Origin: a virus
IMG/VR virus record: IMGVR_UViG_3300048921_000363
Location: 22,752 to 86,751 of that record
Length of the DNA stretch: 64,000 bases
Direction: 5' to 3' (one strand)
The notes beneath the pieces are model-generated. The model was not told the DNA's origin. It worked only from the letters and a program-made list of their open reading frames with translations, and ran no database searches. Position numbers and translations under genes: made by a program. The stretch's first letter is position 1. The number at the start of each line of letters is the position of its first letter. Positions 46,345 through 56,544 of the stretch are shown here, piece by piece.

Positions 46345-46674
46345 ATGAAACCTGAAGAAACCACCGAAGTTTTGCCGGCCGTCGAAGACAACACCGTCAC
46401 CCTCGACACACCAATCAAACGGGGCAATACCACCATCGACACCATCACCTTGCGCAAGCCTGCCTCGGGCGAGCTGCGTGGCGTTCACCTGGTAGATCTG
46501 CTGAACCTTGATGTCGGCGCCCTGCTCAAGGTTCTGCCACGCATTACCTCGCCCAGCATCACCACACCAGAAGCTGCCGCCATGGACCCGGCCGACCTGC
46601 TCGCCTGCGGCAACAAGGTCGCGCATTTTTTGTTGCAGAAGTCGGTGAGGACGGACGCCTCCCTCGTTGCGTAG
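46345..46674 (+). CDS. Tail assembly chaperone gpE
   Basis: LDTPIKRG...LRKP..GELRG...LPRIT. Confidence 0.92.
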   Translation: MKPEETTEVLPAVEDNTVTLDTPIKRGNTTIDTITLRKPASGELRGVHLVDLLNLDVGALLKVLPRITSPSITTPEAAAMDPADLLACGNKVAHFLLQKSVRTDASLVA

Positions 46675-46802
46675 AGGACGCCATGGCCGATCTGGCCGTG
46701 GTTTTTCACTGGGCACCGGCTGACATGGACCAGCTGGGCCTGCAAGAGCTGATGGACTGGCGTGAGCGCGCCAGGGTGCGGAGTTCCACCGATGGCGAAT
46801 GA
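46626..46802 (+). CDS. gpE' extension via a -1 frameshift
   Basis: Slippery TTTTTTG at 46626-46632; -1 frame open through MADLAVVFHWAP...WRERAR to TGA 46802, as in P2 E/E'. Confidence 0.85.
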   Translation, partial: FFVAEVGEDGRLPRCVEDAMADLAVVFHWAPADMDQLGLQELMDWRERARVRSSTDGE

Positions 46803-49515
46803 TCTGAAACTTCAGGTACTGCTCAACGCGATTGATCGGGCGAGCGGTCCCCTGAAGGCCATCGACAAGGGCAGCATTGGTGCTGCCCGGGCACTCAAGG
46901 AAGCGCGCGACAGGCTCAAGGAACTCAACGCCCAGCAGAAAGACGTCAGCGCCTGGCGCACCCAGCGCGCCGCCGCTGAACAGACCGAAACTGCGCTTAC
47001 CTCGGCCCGTGATAAGGTCCGTGCACTCAGCCAACAGTTTGCCGCCACTGGCGTTCCGACCAAGGCTCTGGCCAAGGACTTCCGCACGGCCGTGCGCGAG
47101 GCTCAGCGGCTCAAGGAACAGCACCAGCAACAGTCGGAACAGTTGCAGGCGCTACGCTCGAAACTGTACGGCGCCGGGATCAGCACCAAGGACCTCGGCA
47201 CGCACGAGCGTCAGCTGCGCGAGCAGATCGGCGCTACCAATGCGAGCATCAGTGAACAGGGCAATCGGCTGGCAGCATTGAATGCGCAGCAGAAGCGCAT
47301 GGCGATCGAGCGCAACAGGCTGGCGAAGACTCAAAGTCTGGCCAGCGATATGGCAGTCAACGGTGCCGCCGGTTTAGGGGCAGGCTATGCGATCAGCCGC
47401 CCGTTGAAACAAGCAGTGGATGCATTCGCGCCGAACGAGGATTCGGCTACTCAGCTGAAGGTGTCGATGATGGACGACACCGGCAAGGTCGCTGAGGACT
47501 TTCAAAAAATCACCGACCTCGCGACGAAACTGGGCGACCGCCTGCCAGGCACTACCGCCGACTTTCAGGAAATGATGACGATGCTGCGCCGCCAAGGCCT
47601 CAGCGCGCAGAGCATCCTTGGAGGTACCGGCGAAGCGGCGGCATACCTGGGCGTGCAGTTGAAGATGCCGGTGACTGAGGCCGCCGAGTTCGCGGCGAAG
47701 ATGCAGGACGCCACCCGCACGTCTGAGAAGGACATGATGGCGCTGATGGACACCATACAGCGTGGTTTCTACTCGGGCGTCGACTCGACCAACATGCTGC
47801 AGGGCTTCAGCAAGATTGCCCCGGTGATGGATACGATCAAGAAATCCGGGATTGACGCCGCTAATGAGCTGGCACCGTTGCTGATCATGATGGATCAAGC
47901 CGGAATGGAAGGTGGTTCGGCCGGTAACGCGTTCCGCAAAATCTTCCAAGCGGGCTTGGACAAAGATAACGTCGGCAAAGCCAACAACATCGCCAAGGCA
48001 ACCGGCAAGGACGTGTCGTTCAAATTCACGGACGACAAAGGCAACTTCGCGGGCCTTGAAAATCTCTACGCTCAGGTTGAAAAACTGAAAGCGTTCAACG
48101 ATGAAGACCGTGGCGCCATCATCAAAAAGCTGTTCGGTGACGACGCCGAGACACTGACCACTCTCAACACCATGATGAACAAAGGGCTGGCCGGTTATCG
48201 CGAGGTTCAGCAAAAGCTCCAGAGCCAGGCCGACCTGCGTACTCGGGTCAACGAGCAACTCGGCACGCTGACCAACGTTATGGAAGCTGCCGAGGGCAGT
48301 TTTACCAACGCCATGGCCGAGTTCGGCGCCGCCGTCGCGCCCGAACTCAAGGAACTGATCAACACCCTGGGCGAAGTTGCAAACAAGGTCGGTGCTTGGG
48401 CACGGGAGAATCCGAAACTCGCCGGCGGGCTGGTCAAAGTCGTAGCCCTGGTGGCCGGCCTCTCGATCGTATTCGGTGGCTTGGCAATTGGCATGGCCAG
48501 CTTGCTCGGCCCCTTCGCCGTGATTCGCTATGGCATGGCAATGTTTGGCATGCAGGGTGGTGGCACGCTACGAATCATGCAGAAGCTGATGCCCACCATC
48601 ACCGGTCTGGCCCGCAATGCACTCCCGATGCTGGGCCAGGGTGTTCGATTGCTCGCCAGCATTTTCAGCGGCGCACTGGTGACCGCCCTGCGAACCGTCA
48701 GCATTGCGCTCTGGGGTTTGGCCGCCAACCCGGTGGTGCTGGCCATCGCGGCGATTGTCGCAGTACTCGCCGGTGCGGCTTATCTGATCTACACCAACTG
48801 GGACGCGGTGAAACTCTACTTCGCCAACGCTTGGACTGAGATCAAAGCCGGGTTCAGCGGAGGCATTGGCGGCATCATCACAACCCTCGCCAACTTCAGC
48901 CCCATTGGACTGATTTACCAGGCTTTCGCCGGGGTGCTGAGTTACCTCGGTGTGGATCTACCAAGTCGCTTTACCGAGTTCGGCAACATGATCGTCAACG
49001 GCCTGGTCAACGGGTTGCTGGCGGGATTGGGGCAGATCAAGAACGCTGTCAGTTCGGTCGCTGATTCGGCGATCAACATGTTCAAGGAAAAGCTCGACAT
49101 CCACAGCCCTTCCCGCGTGTTCACCGCGCTCGGCGGCTTTACCATGGCCGGCCTGACCCAAGGTCTGGAAGGTGGCCAGGATGGCCCACTGGGCGCAATC
49201 ACCGACATGGGCAAGCAAATTGTATCTGCCGGGCAACGTGCGCTCGGCGCCGTGGCTGGCCCGCTCGGCGCCATTGGACTGCCGCAGTTGCCGACTGGCG
49301 CCGCCGCATCCTCTTCAGTGTCGATCGACAATCGCGCGCCCATCAGTCCGGCACCGGCCGCAGCCTACGACAGTCACGACACCTACGAAATCAACATCCA
49401 CACCACGCCCGGCATGGACGAGCGCGCCATCGCCCGCGCCGTGCGCGCCGAGCTGGCCCGCGTCTCCAGCGAAAAGAGCGCCCGCCAGCGCAGCCGACTG
49501 TCCGACCTGGAGTAA
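46792..49515 (+). CDS. Tail tape measure protein
   Basis: About 907 aa, Ala/Gly-rich, IHSPSRVF. Confidence 0.95.
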   Translation: MANDLKLQVLLNAIDRASGPLKAIDKGSIGAARALKEARDRLKELNAQQKDVSAWRTQRAAAEQTETALTSARDKVRALSQQFAATGVPTKALAKDFRTAVREAQRLKEQHQQQSEQLQALRSKLYGAGISTKDLGTHERQLREQIGATNASISEQGNRLAALNAQQKRMAIERNRLAKTQSLASDMAVNGAAGLGAGYAISRPLKQAVDAFAPNEDSATQLKVSMMDDTGKVAEDFQKITDLATKLGDRLPGTTADFQEMMTMLRRQGLSAQSILGGTGEAAAYLGVQLKMPVTEAAEFAAKMQDATRTSEKDMMALMDTIQRGFYSGVDSTNMLQGFSKIAPVMDTIKKSGIDAANELAPLLIMMDQAGMEGGSAGNAFRKIFQAGLDKDNVGKANNIAKATGKDVSFKFTDDKGNFAGLENLYAQVEKLKAFNDEDRGAIIKKLFGDDAETLTTLNTMMNKGLAGYREVQQKLQSQADLRTRVNEQLGTLTNVMEAAEGSFTNAMAEFGAAVAPELKELINTLGEVANKVGAWARENPKLAGGLVKVVALVAGLSIVFGGLAIGMASLLGPFAVIRYGMAMFGMQGGGTLRIMQKLMPTITGLARNALPMLGQGVRLLASIFSGALVTALRTVSIALWGLAANPVVLAIAAIVAVLAGAAYLIYTNWDAVKLYFANAWTEIKAGFSGGIGGIITTLANFSPIGLIYQAFAGVLSYLGVDLPSRFTEFGNMIVNGLVNGLLAGLGQIKNAVSSVADSAINMFKEKLDIHSPSRVFTALGGFTMAGLTQGLEGGQDGPLGAITDMGKQIVSAGQRALGAVAGPLGAIGLPQLPTGAAASSSVSIDNRAPISPAPAAAYDSHDTYEINIHTTPGMDERAIARAVRAELARVSSEKSARQRSRLSDLE

Positions 49516-49521
49516 CACGCC

Positions 49522-49962
49522 ATGATGCTTGCCCTGGGCATGTTCGTTTTCAGCCTCTCCACCGCCGCCTACCAAGAACTGCAGCGCCAAACCGAATGGC
49601 GCCACGCGAGCAGCAACCGCGTCGGCGCCGCGCCGGCTCGCCAGTTCGTCGGCCGTGGTGATGACTCCATCACCCTACCCGGCATCATCCTGCCGGAACT
49701 CGCCGGCAGCGCCCTCAGCCTCGACGCTTTGCGCCTGATGGCCAACACCGGCAGGGCGTGGCCAATGGTCGAAGGCAGCGGCCGGATCTACGGCCTATGG
49801 ATCATCGAAAGCCTGAGCGAAACCAAGACGATCTTCTTCCGAGACGGCACGCCACGCCGCATCGAGTTCACCCTCAGCCTCAAGCGCATCGATGACGACC
49901 GTATCGACCTGATCGGCGCCGGTACCAGCGCCGGAGTCAGCATCATGAGGACGCTGCTGTGA
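49522..49962 (+). CDS. Tail protein U
   Basis: MMLALGMFVF, QFVG.G...ITLPG, IEFTLSL. Confidence 0.93.
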   Translation: MMLALGMFVFSLSTAAYQELQRQTEWRHASSNRVGAAPARQFVGRGDDSITLPGIILPELAGSALSLDALRLMANTGRAWPMVEGSGRIYGLWIIESLSETKTIFFRDGTPRRIEFTLSLKRIDDDRIDLIGAGTSAGVSIMRTLL

Positions 49963-51212
49963 TCGATGCCGCCCTCTCCCGCGTCACCGGTTTTCTGGAC
50001 AAGACTATCGAGCGCTACAAGCGCGACGCGGCTTATCCGGTACCGGCGTTTCGTATTACCGTCGATGGCAACGACATCGCCCAACTGATCAGCCCCCGCC
50101 TGATGAGCTTGGACCTGACCGACAACCGTGGCATCGAGGCGGATCAACTCAGCATCACCCTCAGCGACCATGACGGGCTGCTGGCGATCCCACCCAAGGG
50201 CGCGGTGGTTCGATTGTGGCTGGGCTGGAGCGATACAGGACTTGTCGACAAAGGCACCTACACAGTCGATGAAACCGAACACTCCGGCGCGCCTGACGTG
50301 CTGAGCATTCGCGCGCGCTCCGCCGATCTGCGCAAAGGCCTGAAGACCAAGCGCGAACGCAGTTGGAGCAACACCACGCTCGGCGACGTGCTGGGCGATA
50401 TCGCCCTGGGCAACGGCCTGACCTCGACCATTGCCGGCGCCCTCGACGGCTTGCCGATTCTGCAACTGGACCAGGCCAACGAATCCGACGCCAACCTGAT
50501 CAGCCGCATCGGTGAAGAATTCGACGCGGTGGTCAGCGTCAAGGCCGGCTGCCTGCTGTGCCTGCCCGCCGGCGGGGGCAAGACCGCCAGCGGCGCCGAG
50601 CTGCCCCACATCACCCTCACCCGCGCCGACGGCGATCAGCACCGCTACCTGCAAGCCGACCGCGACAGCTACGACGGCGTGCGGGCCTACTTCTACGACG
50701 TGAACAGCGCCAAGAAACAGGAAGCCATTGCCGGCGGTGGCGAGAATCTTAAGGACCTGCGGCATACCTACAGTGACCGGCAATCTGCCCTGCGTGCTGC
50801 ACGGGCCGAGTTCAACCGCCTGCAACGCGGTAGCGCGACGCTCAGCTATACACTGGCCATGGGCCGGCCGGATCTGATACCTGAGCTGACCTATACGCTT
50901 GAGGGGGTGAAGCCGGAGATTGACGAGATTGTTTGGTACGGGGGGAATGTTCAGCACACGCTCAGTGCTGACAACGGCTACACCGTCAGCCTTGAGTTGG
51001 AGAGCAAGTTACCGGAGGACACCGTTGAGGATTTGACGGAGGAGAGCAAGGAAGACTTCACGGGGATCATCGCTTACTACCGCGAAGAAAGTACCGGGAA
51101 GGAAAAGATGGTGACGGCTGGAGATCAGAGTAAGCCGCGACGATTGCGCTGGTTGTATGCTACGGAGAAGACGGCCAAGCGGGCCGTCGTTCGCGAATGG
51201 ACGCGGTTATAA
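49959..51212 (+). CDS. Late control/tail protein D
   Basis: LTDNRG.EADQL, QANESD; follows U. Confidence 0.92.
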   Translation: MIDAALSRVTGFLDKTIERYKRDAAYPVPAFRITVDGNDIAQLISPRLMSLDLTDNRGIEADQLSITLSDHDGLLAIPPKGAVVRLWLGWSDTGLVDKGTYTVDETEHSGAPDVLSIRARSADLRKGLKTKRERSWSNTTLGDVLGDIALGNGLTSTIAGALDGLPILQLDQANESDANLISRIGEEFDAVVSVKAGCLLCLPAGGGKTASGAELPHITLTRADGDQHRYLQADRDSYDGVRAYFYDVNSAKKQEAIAGGGENLKDLRHTYSDRQSALRAARAEFNRLQRGSATLSYTLAMGRPDLIPELTYTLEGVKPEIDEIVWYGGNVQHTLSADNGYTVSLELESKLPEDTVEDLTEESKEDFTGIIAYYREESTGKEKMVTAGDQSKPRRLRWLYATEKTAKRAVVREWTRL

Positions 51213-51258
51213 GGAATTCAACAGGGTGAGGAAGAGGCTAACCTCCTCCCCCAATAAT

Positions 51259-53121
51259 CTATTTCTTGAAGCTATCGATATGCTTTAGTGCGGCGTCCAC
51301 AGCTTGACACCCCTCCGAAAACTGAACCCGCCTGAATCCAAAACCTGTACCCGCCTCAAACATTAGTTTCAACTTCAAAAGAACATCGCGCTCTTCTAGG
51401 ATAACCAACACAGCGCCACCAATTGAAAACCTTCTACGAACTATCGAGTTAAACTTCTGCAAAGTTGCACCACTCGCAGAACTTAAAAACAACTCCAACT
51501 CATCAACCTTAACATACTTAAACAATGGCATTTGAAAACTAAGAGCCATCTCCCGAAGCACTGTAAGCTCTTTATCATCACTCCATCCACTCAAGCGCTG
51601 AATAAAGTCTTTTTCAGACTCATACTTCCTGACAGCAGTGTCAAACTCCGTCAATAGCTCATCAAGCTCAGGAGAATACGACCTCCCCTGTCTCACATAA
51701 AATTCTTCTCCTGTCACTTCAAAGGCATACCCATCTGCCCCCAAGAATTTTCGCCACTTAACAACAGATTCTTTAAAAATCTCCAACATCTTATCTAACG
51801 GGACTGGAGTCCCCCCCATACTTGAATCATAAGCAAACTCATAAATGATGGTTGCAAGTTTTTTAATATCGCAGACACCCGGCACTGGCTTTCGAACAGC
51901 ATCAACAACCTCATCAAAATATGCGAGATAATCGACCTCACTCATTTCTGTCCGTTCAAGCAATCGTTCGTACACCTCACAAATGGGGCGATTCGAGTAG
52001 TCGACATGACCATCAGTAATCACGAGCGACCTCTTGAGATCATCAACTTCTAGTTTATCAAACAAAATATAGTCAAGCACAAAGCCATTTCTTGAAGAGC
52101 CATTACAAACAAACGAAGGTATAGACTGAACAAAAACATCCTCATCGGACAATGCAACTGAGTTTCTATCTTTCATCACTATATCTAGTTGCCGATCATA
52201 ACAACCATTGCAAATACTTTTCAAAGTTGCTCTTTGTTCTGCAGTCTTTTTGCCACGTATCTTAGATGTTAGAGAAGCAAGAAAAACAACTTGATAAAGC
52301 ATAGCCAAGAACTGCGAACTAATAACATCCTCAGATCCAATTGACACTTTATACAAATGGATTCGCCTAAGTAACTCAAGTGACGTAGAAATAGTCCTCA
52401 CATTTTTGATTTCGAAAAAATTAACGACCGGCATCAAATGCGTTTCTACAATGGCAGACAATTCCTCAGCCAAATCAGTGCAAACAATTTCTAGCGAAAG
52501 TTTCAGAGCATCTGCACAGGACATCCTGATTGGCACATCTCTCCATATATTCTTTTCGTAAATAGCGGCGTGAACTGACCCTTGGACTATCTTTGCCTCG
52601 TCCAAAAGCATAATTACTTTACGAGACTTATACTCTGAAAAGTAATTGATTTCCGACCATGCCTTGAGAAAATTCGAATCAGACAATCTGTCTAGATCAT
52701 CAAAACACAATATATAACCTTCCAGAGCATCAATTATTCTTTTTTTGACTGCCCCTCCAACTGCCATTACCGCTGCGCCTATCACACCAGCGCTTTTTGG
52801 ATCAGAAGTAATACTCGTAAACAATCCAGTCAGCAGCGCACCTGCACCGCTCTTCGAGTTATCATCAACGTCTTTGATACCAGACAACTCTTCTATTAGA
52901 AAATCGTCCAACCCTTTACCTGAAACCCCATATGAGTACAGAGAAACATACAAACACTTCCTCCCTCCACCTTCAATTATTTTTCTTATGGTATTTTTGA
53001 ACAAATGGGTTTTCCCGCTCCCCCACTCCCCGGTAATAGCCAGAGCACCACTTCTCTTTGAGTTGAAATACTCCCCTAAAACCTCAGACCAATAACAACT
53101 TACATCGTCAAAATCATTCAT
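51259..53121 (-). CDS. KAP-family P-loop NTPase (AT-rich moron)
   Basis: GEWGSGKT, YVSLY, hydrophobic segments, LCFDDLDR, YEK. Confidence 0.85.
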   Translation of the reverse strand: MNDFDDVSCYWSEVLGEYFNSKRSGALAITGEWGSGKTHLFKNTIRKIIEGGGRKCLYVSLYSYGVSGKGLDDFLIEELSGIKDVDDNSKSGAGALLTGLFTSITSDPKSAGVIGAAVMAVGGAVKKRIIDALEGYILCFDDLDRLSDSNFLKAWSEINYFSEYKSRKVIMLLDEAKIVQGSVHAAIYEKNIWRDVPIRMSCADALKLSLEIVCTDLAEELSAIVETHLMPVVNFFEIKNVRTISTSLELLRRIHLYKVSIGSEDVISSQFLAMLYQVVFLASLTSKIRGKKTAEQRATLKSICNGCYDRQLDIVMKDRNSVALSDEDVFVQSIPSFVCNGSSRNGFVLDYILFDKLEVDDLKRSLVITDGHVDYSNRPICEVYERLLERTEMSEVDYLAYFDEVVDAVRKPVPGVCDIKKLATIIYEFAYDSSMGGTPVPLDKMLEIFKESVVKWRKFLGADGYAFEVTGEEFYVRQGRSYSPELDELLTEFDTAVRKYESEKDFIQRLSGWSDDKELTVLREMALSFQMPLFKYVKVDELELFLSSASGATLQKFNSIVRRRFSIGGAVLVILEERDVLLKLKLMFEAGTGFGFRRVQFSEGCQAVDAALKHIDSFKK

Positions 53122-53202
53122 TTTCTGCCACCAAAATTATAAATTAAGCGGTAACAATCAACCTTTGCACTCAAAAATCAGTAAAAAAAGAGAGCAAATA
53201 TC

Positions 53203-53232
53203 AAAAACAGCTCCGGAATGATTGCCGGAGCC
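53203..53232 (-). terminator. Intrinsic terminator candidate
   Basis: GCTCCGG/CCGGAGC stem followed by TGTTTTT on the minus strand. Confidence 0.55.
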
Positions 53233-53246
53233 ACTTCCAAACTCGC

Positions 53247-53363
53247 TTACTTTGATGACTGCGCAAACGCCTCCATGATTCTCAGCACATCCTGAAGCTG
53301 CTGGTCATCCAGCTTTGCCAGAAGGTGCAAAAAAAGATGCTCCAAAGGGGTAAGGTTTTCCAT
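53247..53363 (-). CDS. Small 38-aa helical peptide
   Basis: GGAG RBS; MENLTPLEHLFLHLLAKLDDQQLQDVLRIMEAFAQSSK; below the ORF-track cutoff. Confidence 0.5.
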   Translation of the reverse strand: MENLTPLEHLFLHLLAKLDDQQLQDVLRIMEAFAQSSK

Positions 53364-53567
53364 CGTGCGTACTCCATTTCCTTGTGATGGGCGGGGTACT
53401 TTCGCAGCACCTGAACCGCCCGGGAGTCACCTATTCTCAGCACGTTTTTCTGTGCCACCAGCCCCACCAAATCATTTAGGACTGGACCGAATGGGTGTCG
53501 CTACCGAGATGGTCACTCCCCAAGCTACGCACCACGTTGGAAATGTAAGTAGCAGTATCACCAGCCT

Positions 53568-54338
53568 TTACAGTGTCGGTGGCAACGTCAGGTATACGCC
53601 GTTTTCTCCCCACCCTTGCAGGTTCCCCTTGGCGTCAACAACGTAGTACTCGCCGAAGTCGTTCCCGGGCTCATCCAGGCGCAACCCACCATCAGGTAGC
53701 TTCTTTGCCTGGTAGCTATTGGTGTTTTTTCCGCCGCTTGGAAAAATCGAATCGATCGTGTATTTCCCGTTGCGCTTGTACAGAACCATCAGGTGGCCGA
53801 GGGCACCGTCACGCAGCCAACTTCCGATTTTGTCCGGATACCCGGCAAGGTCCAACGTCTTCAACGCTTGGTAATCTTTTGCGCTTAAGCCAATGAGAGA
53901 ACTCTTATAGTCCGGGTCAAAACTGGCATTGGCCCAGTAGGCCTTGTCGGTCTGCCCCTCGACTCTGAAGCCGATGAAAGTCGCTTTGGCCTTAAATTTT
54001 GTATCTGCGCGGACCGCCTTAGCCACGTCTGCCAGCTCCGCATCACTCAAGCGCTTTGGCAGCAGGATTTCGACTTTACGGGGGCGTCCCTCTTGGAATT
54101 CGTCCTTCGTAATCGAATACGATTTCGGCGCAACGCTCTGCGTGACCTTCTCGACGGGCTTGTCTTCGTTACTGCCCGAACACATCGTAACTGTCACACC
54201 GATGATGACGACCAGAAAGACAAACCCGGCAACTCGTCCCAGAAGAGTGATCCCTGGATCAACAACACCACAGCTCGGGCAAACTTTCGCGGTGGCATCA
54301 ACGTTGTGTTTGCAAGACTTACAAGGCTTCAAAGCCAT
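53568..54338 (-). CDS. Zn-ribbon plus single-TM membrane protein (moron)
   Basis: CKSC...CPSCG, TM segment, soluble C-terminal domain; AAGGAG RBS. Confidence 0.8.
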   Translation of the reverse strand: MALKPCKSCKHNVDATAKVCPSCGVVDPGITLLGRVAGFVFLVVIIGVTVTMCSGSNEDKPVEKVTQSVAPKSYSITKDEFQEGRPRKVEILLPKRLSDAELADVAKAVRADTKFKAKATFIGFRVEGQTDKAYWANASFDPDYKSSLIGLSAKDYQALKTLDLAGYPDKIGSWLRDGALGHLMVLYKRNGKYTIDSIFPSGGKNTNSYQAKKLPDGGLRLDEPGNDFGEYYVVDAKGNLQGWGENGVYLTLPPTL

Positions 54339-54442
54339 TCGTACAGCTCCTTTCTATATCCATGAAAAAGCCGGCCATCGTGGCCGGCGTGCTGCATCCA
54401 CTCACCTGACAATGATTTACCAGGACAGTCGTTTTCCCTTTT

Positions 54443-54772
54443 TCACACCACGCTTGCAGCCTTCGCGAAGGCCGAGGCCATACGTAACAACACGTCGCGA
54501 TCTTGCTCACCAATGTGTTGGTACACCTCAAGAAACTCTGCTGCTTGGGTACTGATGCTGCCGGCAGGAGTCGGTTTGCGTTCTCCGGTCACAACGTACA
54601 GAACATCAACTCCCAACTCCGCAGCCGCGGCCAAGTACTTGGCGTCGGGGCTACCAGACCCTTTTTCATAATTTATTTGGGTGGTTTTACCGACACCGCC
54701 AGCAGCACCTAAATCAGTCTGGCTGAGGCCTAGACGCGACCTTTCTTCCTTCAGCCGATCACCGATGGTCAT
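54443..54772 (-). CDS. XRE-family immunity repressor (no peptidase domain)
   Basis: IGDRLKEER.RLGLSQ...TQINYEKG...GVDVLYVVTG. Confidence 0.9.
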   Translation of the reverse strand: MTIGDRLKEERSRLGLSQTDLGAAGGVGKTTQINYEKGSGSPDAKYLAAAAELGVDVLYVVTGERKPTPAGSISTQAAEFLEVYQHIGEQDRDVLLRMASAFAKAASVV

Positions 54773-54820
54773 ATTTTTTGAACCTCAAGCGTTGACAGGT
54801 TCAATTTACTGAACCAATAT
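54767..54820. promoter_or_regulatory. Operator dyads and early promoter
   Basis: GGTTCA-ATTTAC-TGAACC 54798-54815, partial copy 54767-54784; TTGACA at 54792. Confidence 0.6.
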
Positions 54821-54857
54821 CATCAAACCATTACGCGAAATCACACGAATTTGAACT

Positions 54858-55070
54858 ATGCACGCCACCTACGCACCCGAGCAAGCTTGCCAGGCCGCTA
54901 GAACGCGCTTGGAGCTTCAGGGCATTTCCGTCAAGGACTTTGCCCTTCAGAACGATCTGCACCCCTCAACCGTTTACGCGGTATTGAACGGCCAGAAGAA
55001 GTGCCTGCGGGGCGAAGCCCACCGCGCCGCAGTACTTCTCGGTATCAAAGACCGCGTGATTGAAAACTAA
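54858..55070 (+). CDS. Small HTH DNA-binding protein (Cro/Ner-like)
   Basis: GISVKDFA...TVYAVLNG...RGEAHRAAVLLGIK; divergent from the repressor. Confidence 0.85.
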   Translation: MHATYAPEQACQAARTRLELQGISVKDFALQNDLHPSTVYAVLNGQKKCLRGEAHRAAVLLGIKDRVIEN

Positions 55071-55099
55071 GCCTGTTGGCTCAGGGAGGAAACCAGAAG

Positions 55100-55573
55100 A
55101 TGAAGCGCCCAGTTCTAGCCAACAGGAAAGACGTAGTCAGCGCAGTGATCGGTGCTTATCAGGGAGGCCGCATCTATGCCGCTGCCGACTTGGGGATGCC
55201 GCTGAAAAAGTTCGACAACCAGGCCTATGAAAACGCTGGTAGTCGGCCACTGAGCGACGACCACATCCACCGACTCGAACAGGCCGCAGGAACAACCTTC
55301 CTGCCGGATTACATCGCAGCCAAGTACGGCGGTATGTTCGTGCCGCTGACAGCCTCTGCAGATCTGGACAACGTCGAGTTGTACAGCCGGTCAGTCAAGG
55401 CCGCCGCCAAGCGCGGCATGGTTGACCAGATCATTGCCAAGGCATTGGATGACGGCGTCATTGAATCCTGCGAAGCGCAGGCAATCATCAACGCCCTCAT
55501 GCACTACATGTCCGCACGCTACGCCGAAGTTCTGGCCACCATTCAACTGCACGGTCGAGGGGTCGTCGGGTGA
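55100..55573 (+). CDS. CII/YmfL-like regulatory protein
   Basis: YQGG...AA.LGM...FDN..YE; ALDDGVI. Confidence 0.7.
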   Translation: MKRPVLANRKDVVSAVIGAYQGGRIYAAADLGMPLKKFDNQAYENAGSRPLSDDHIHRLEQAAGTTFLPDYIAAKYGGMFVPLTASADLDNVELYSRSVKAAAKRGMVDQIIAKALDDGVIESCEAQAIINALMHYMSARYAEVLATIQLHGRGVVG

Positions 55574-55860
55574 GTACTTACAAACTTGTCTGCCCGCACT
55601 GCCAGGGCCGCATGCGAATCCGCACCAGCGAAGGCACCCATATATTCCTGCGGGTGGCCTACCTGCAATGCACCAACGAAGCCTGCGGCTGGTCGGTGCG
55701 CGCTGAGTTCGAGATGACTCACGAAATGAGTCCCAGCGGCATGGCCAACCCATCGGTGCGTTTGCCCATTGCCGACATCGCCCTGCGCCGCGCCGCGATG
55801 AAGACCGCCAACGATCAACCCGACCTGCTCGACCAAATGGAAATGGAGTGTGCGCAATGA
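55570..55860 (+). CDS. Ogr/Delta-like zinc-finger late activator
   Basis: CPHC...RIRTS...YLQCTNEACG...SPS. Confidence 0.88.
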   Translation: MSTYKLVCPHCQGRMRIRTSEGTHIFLRVAYLQCTNEACGWSVRAEFEMTHEMSPSGMANPSVRLPIADIALRRAAMKTANDQPDLLDQMEMECAQ

Positions 55861-56228
55861 ACCACGATCAGTTGACCCACGACTACCGCAGCAGCATGCA
55901 ACGTGCCGCGTTCGCTTACCTGCAACGGCACGAAGCGCAATACCTGATGGACTCGGACCTGCTCTATGAAAACTGTGTCCGCCACTTGGCCACGTCGCTG
56001 GAGGTGCCTGTCTTCATGGCCGAGCGGCTGGTGCACAACGCCTGGACTGAATTGCAGGTGATCAATCAACGCAAGTGGATCGGCGTGGACTGGGGCAACA
56101 CCCCCGGCTGCACGGTGGTGCATTTGATCGACACCCGCGCCGATCTGCGCTACCCGGTACCGGTGAGGCTGCTGCCGCAGACCCTGCTCGCCCAGCGCGA
56201 TTCCGCGCACAAGCACCACTCCCAGTAA
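55857..56228 (+). CDS. Hypothetical protein
   Basis: ATGA overlap within the early operon. Confidence 0.7.
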   Translation: MNHDQLTHDYRSSMQRAAFAYLQRHEAQYLMDSDLLYENCVRHLATSLEVPVFMAERLVHNAWTELQVINQRKWIGVDWGNTPGCTVVHLIDTRADLRYPVPVRLLPQTLLAQRDSAHKHHSQ

Positions 56229-56304
56229 TCCCTTTTTAAACACCCCGCCCCTGCCCCGCTTCCCGTGGGTTTGGGTGAGCTTTGCCTGAAATCCGAGGTG
56301 GATC

Positions 56305-56538
56305 ATGGAAATCGACATCGCCATCAACGCAAAACTGCCCCGTGCACAGGCCGAAGCCCTGCTCCAGGCACTGCGCGCTCAGTACTCGATGCAGTTCAAC
56401 GAGCACTGGTATGACGATCGCTTTCGCATGATCCCCGAGGGTTTACGGCACGGCTCGCTGCTGTCGGCCTTCCCGGTGATGGCCGCGCAAAAACGCCTGA
56501 TTGGCGCCCTTAAACACAGTCTCGGCGAAGTGAAGTAA
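56305..56538 (+). CDS. Hypothetical protein
   Basis: GAGG RBS; directly before the primase gene. Confidence 0.7.
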   Translation: MEIDIAINAKLPRAQAEALLQALRAQYSMQFNEHWYDDRFRMIPEGLRHGSLLSAFPVMAAQKRLIGALKHSLGEVK

Positions 56539-56544
56539 GCCCCG

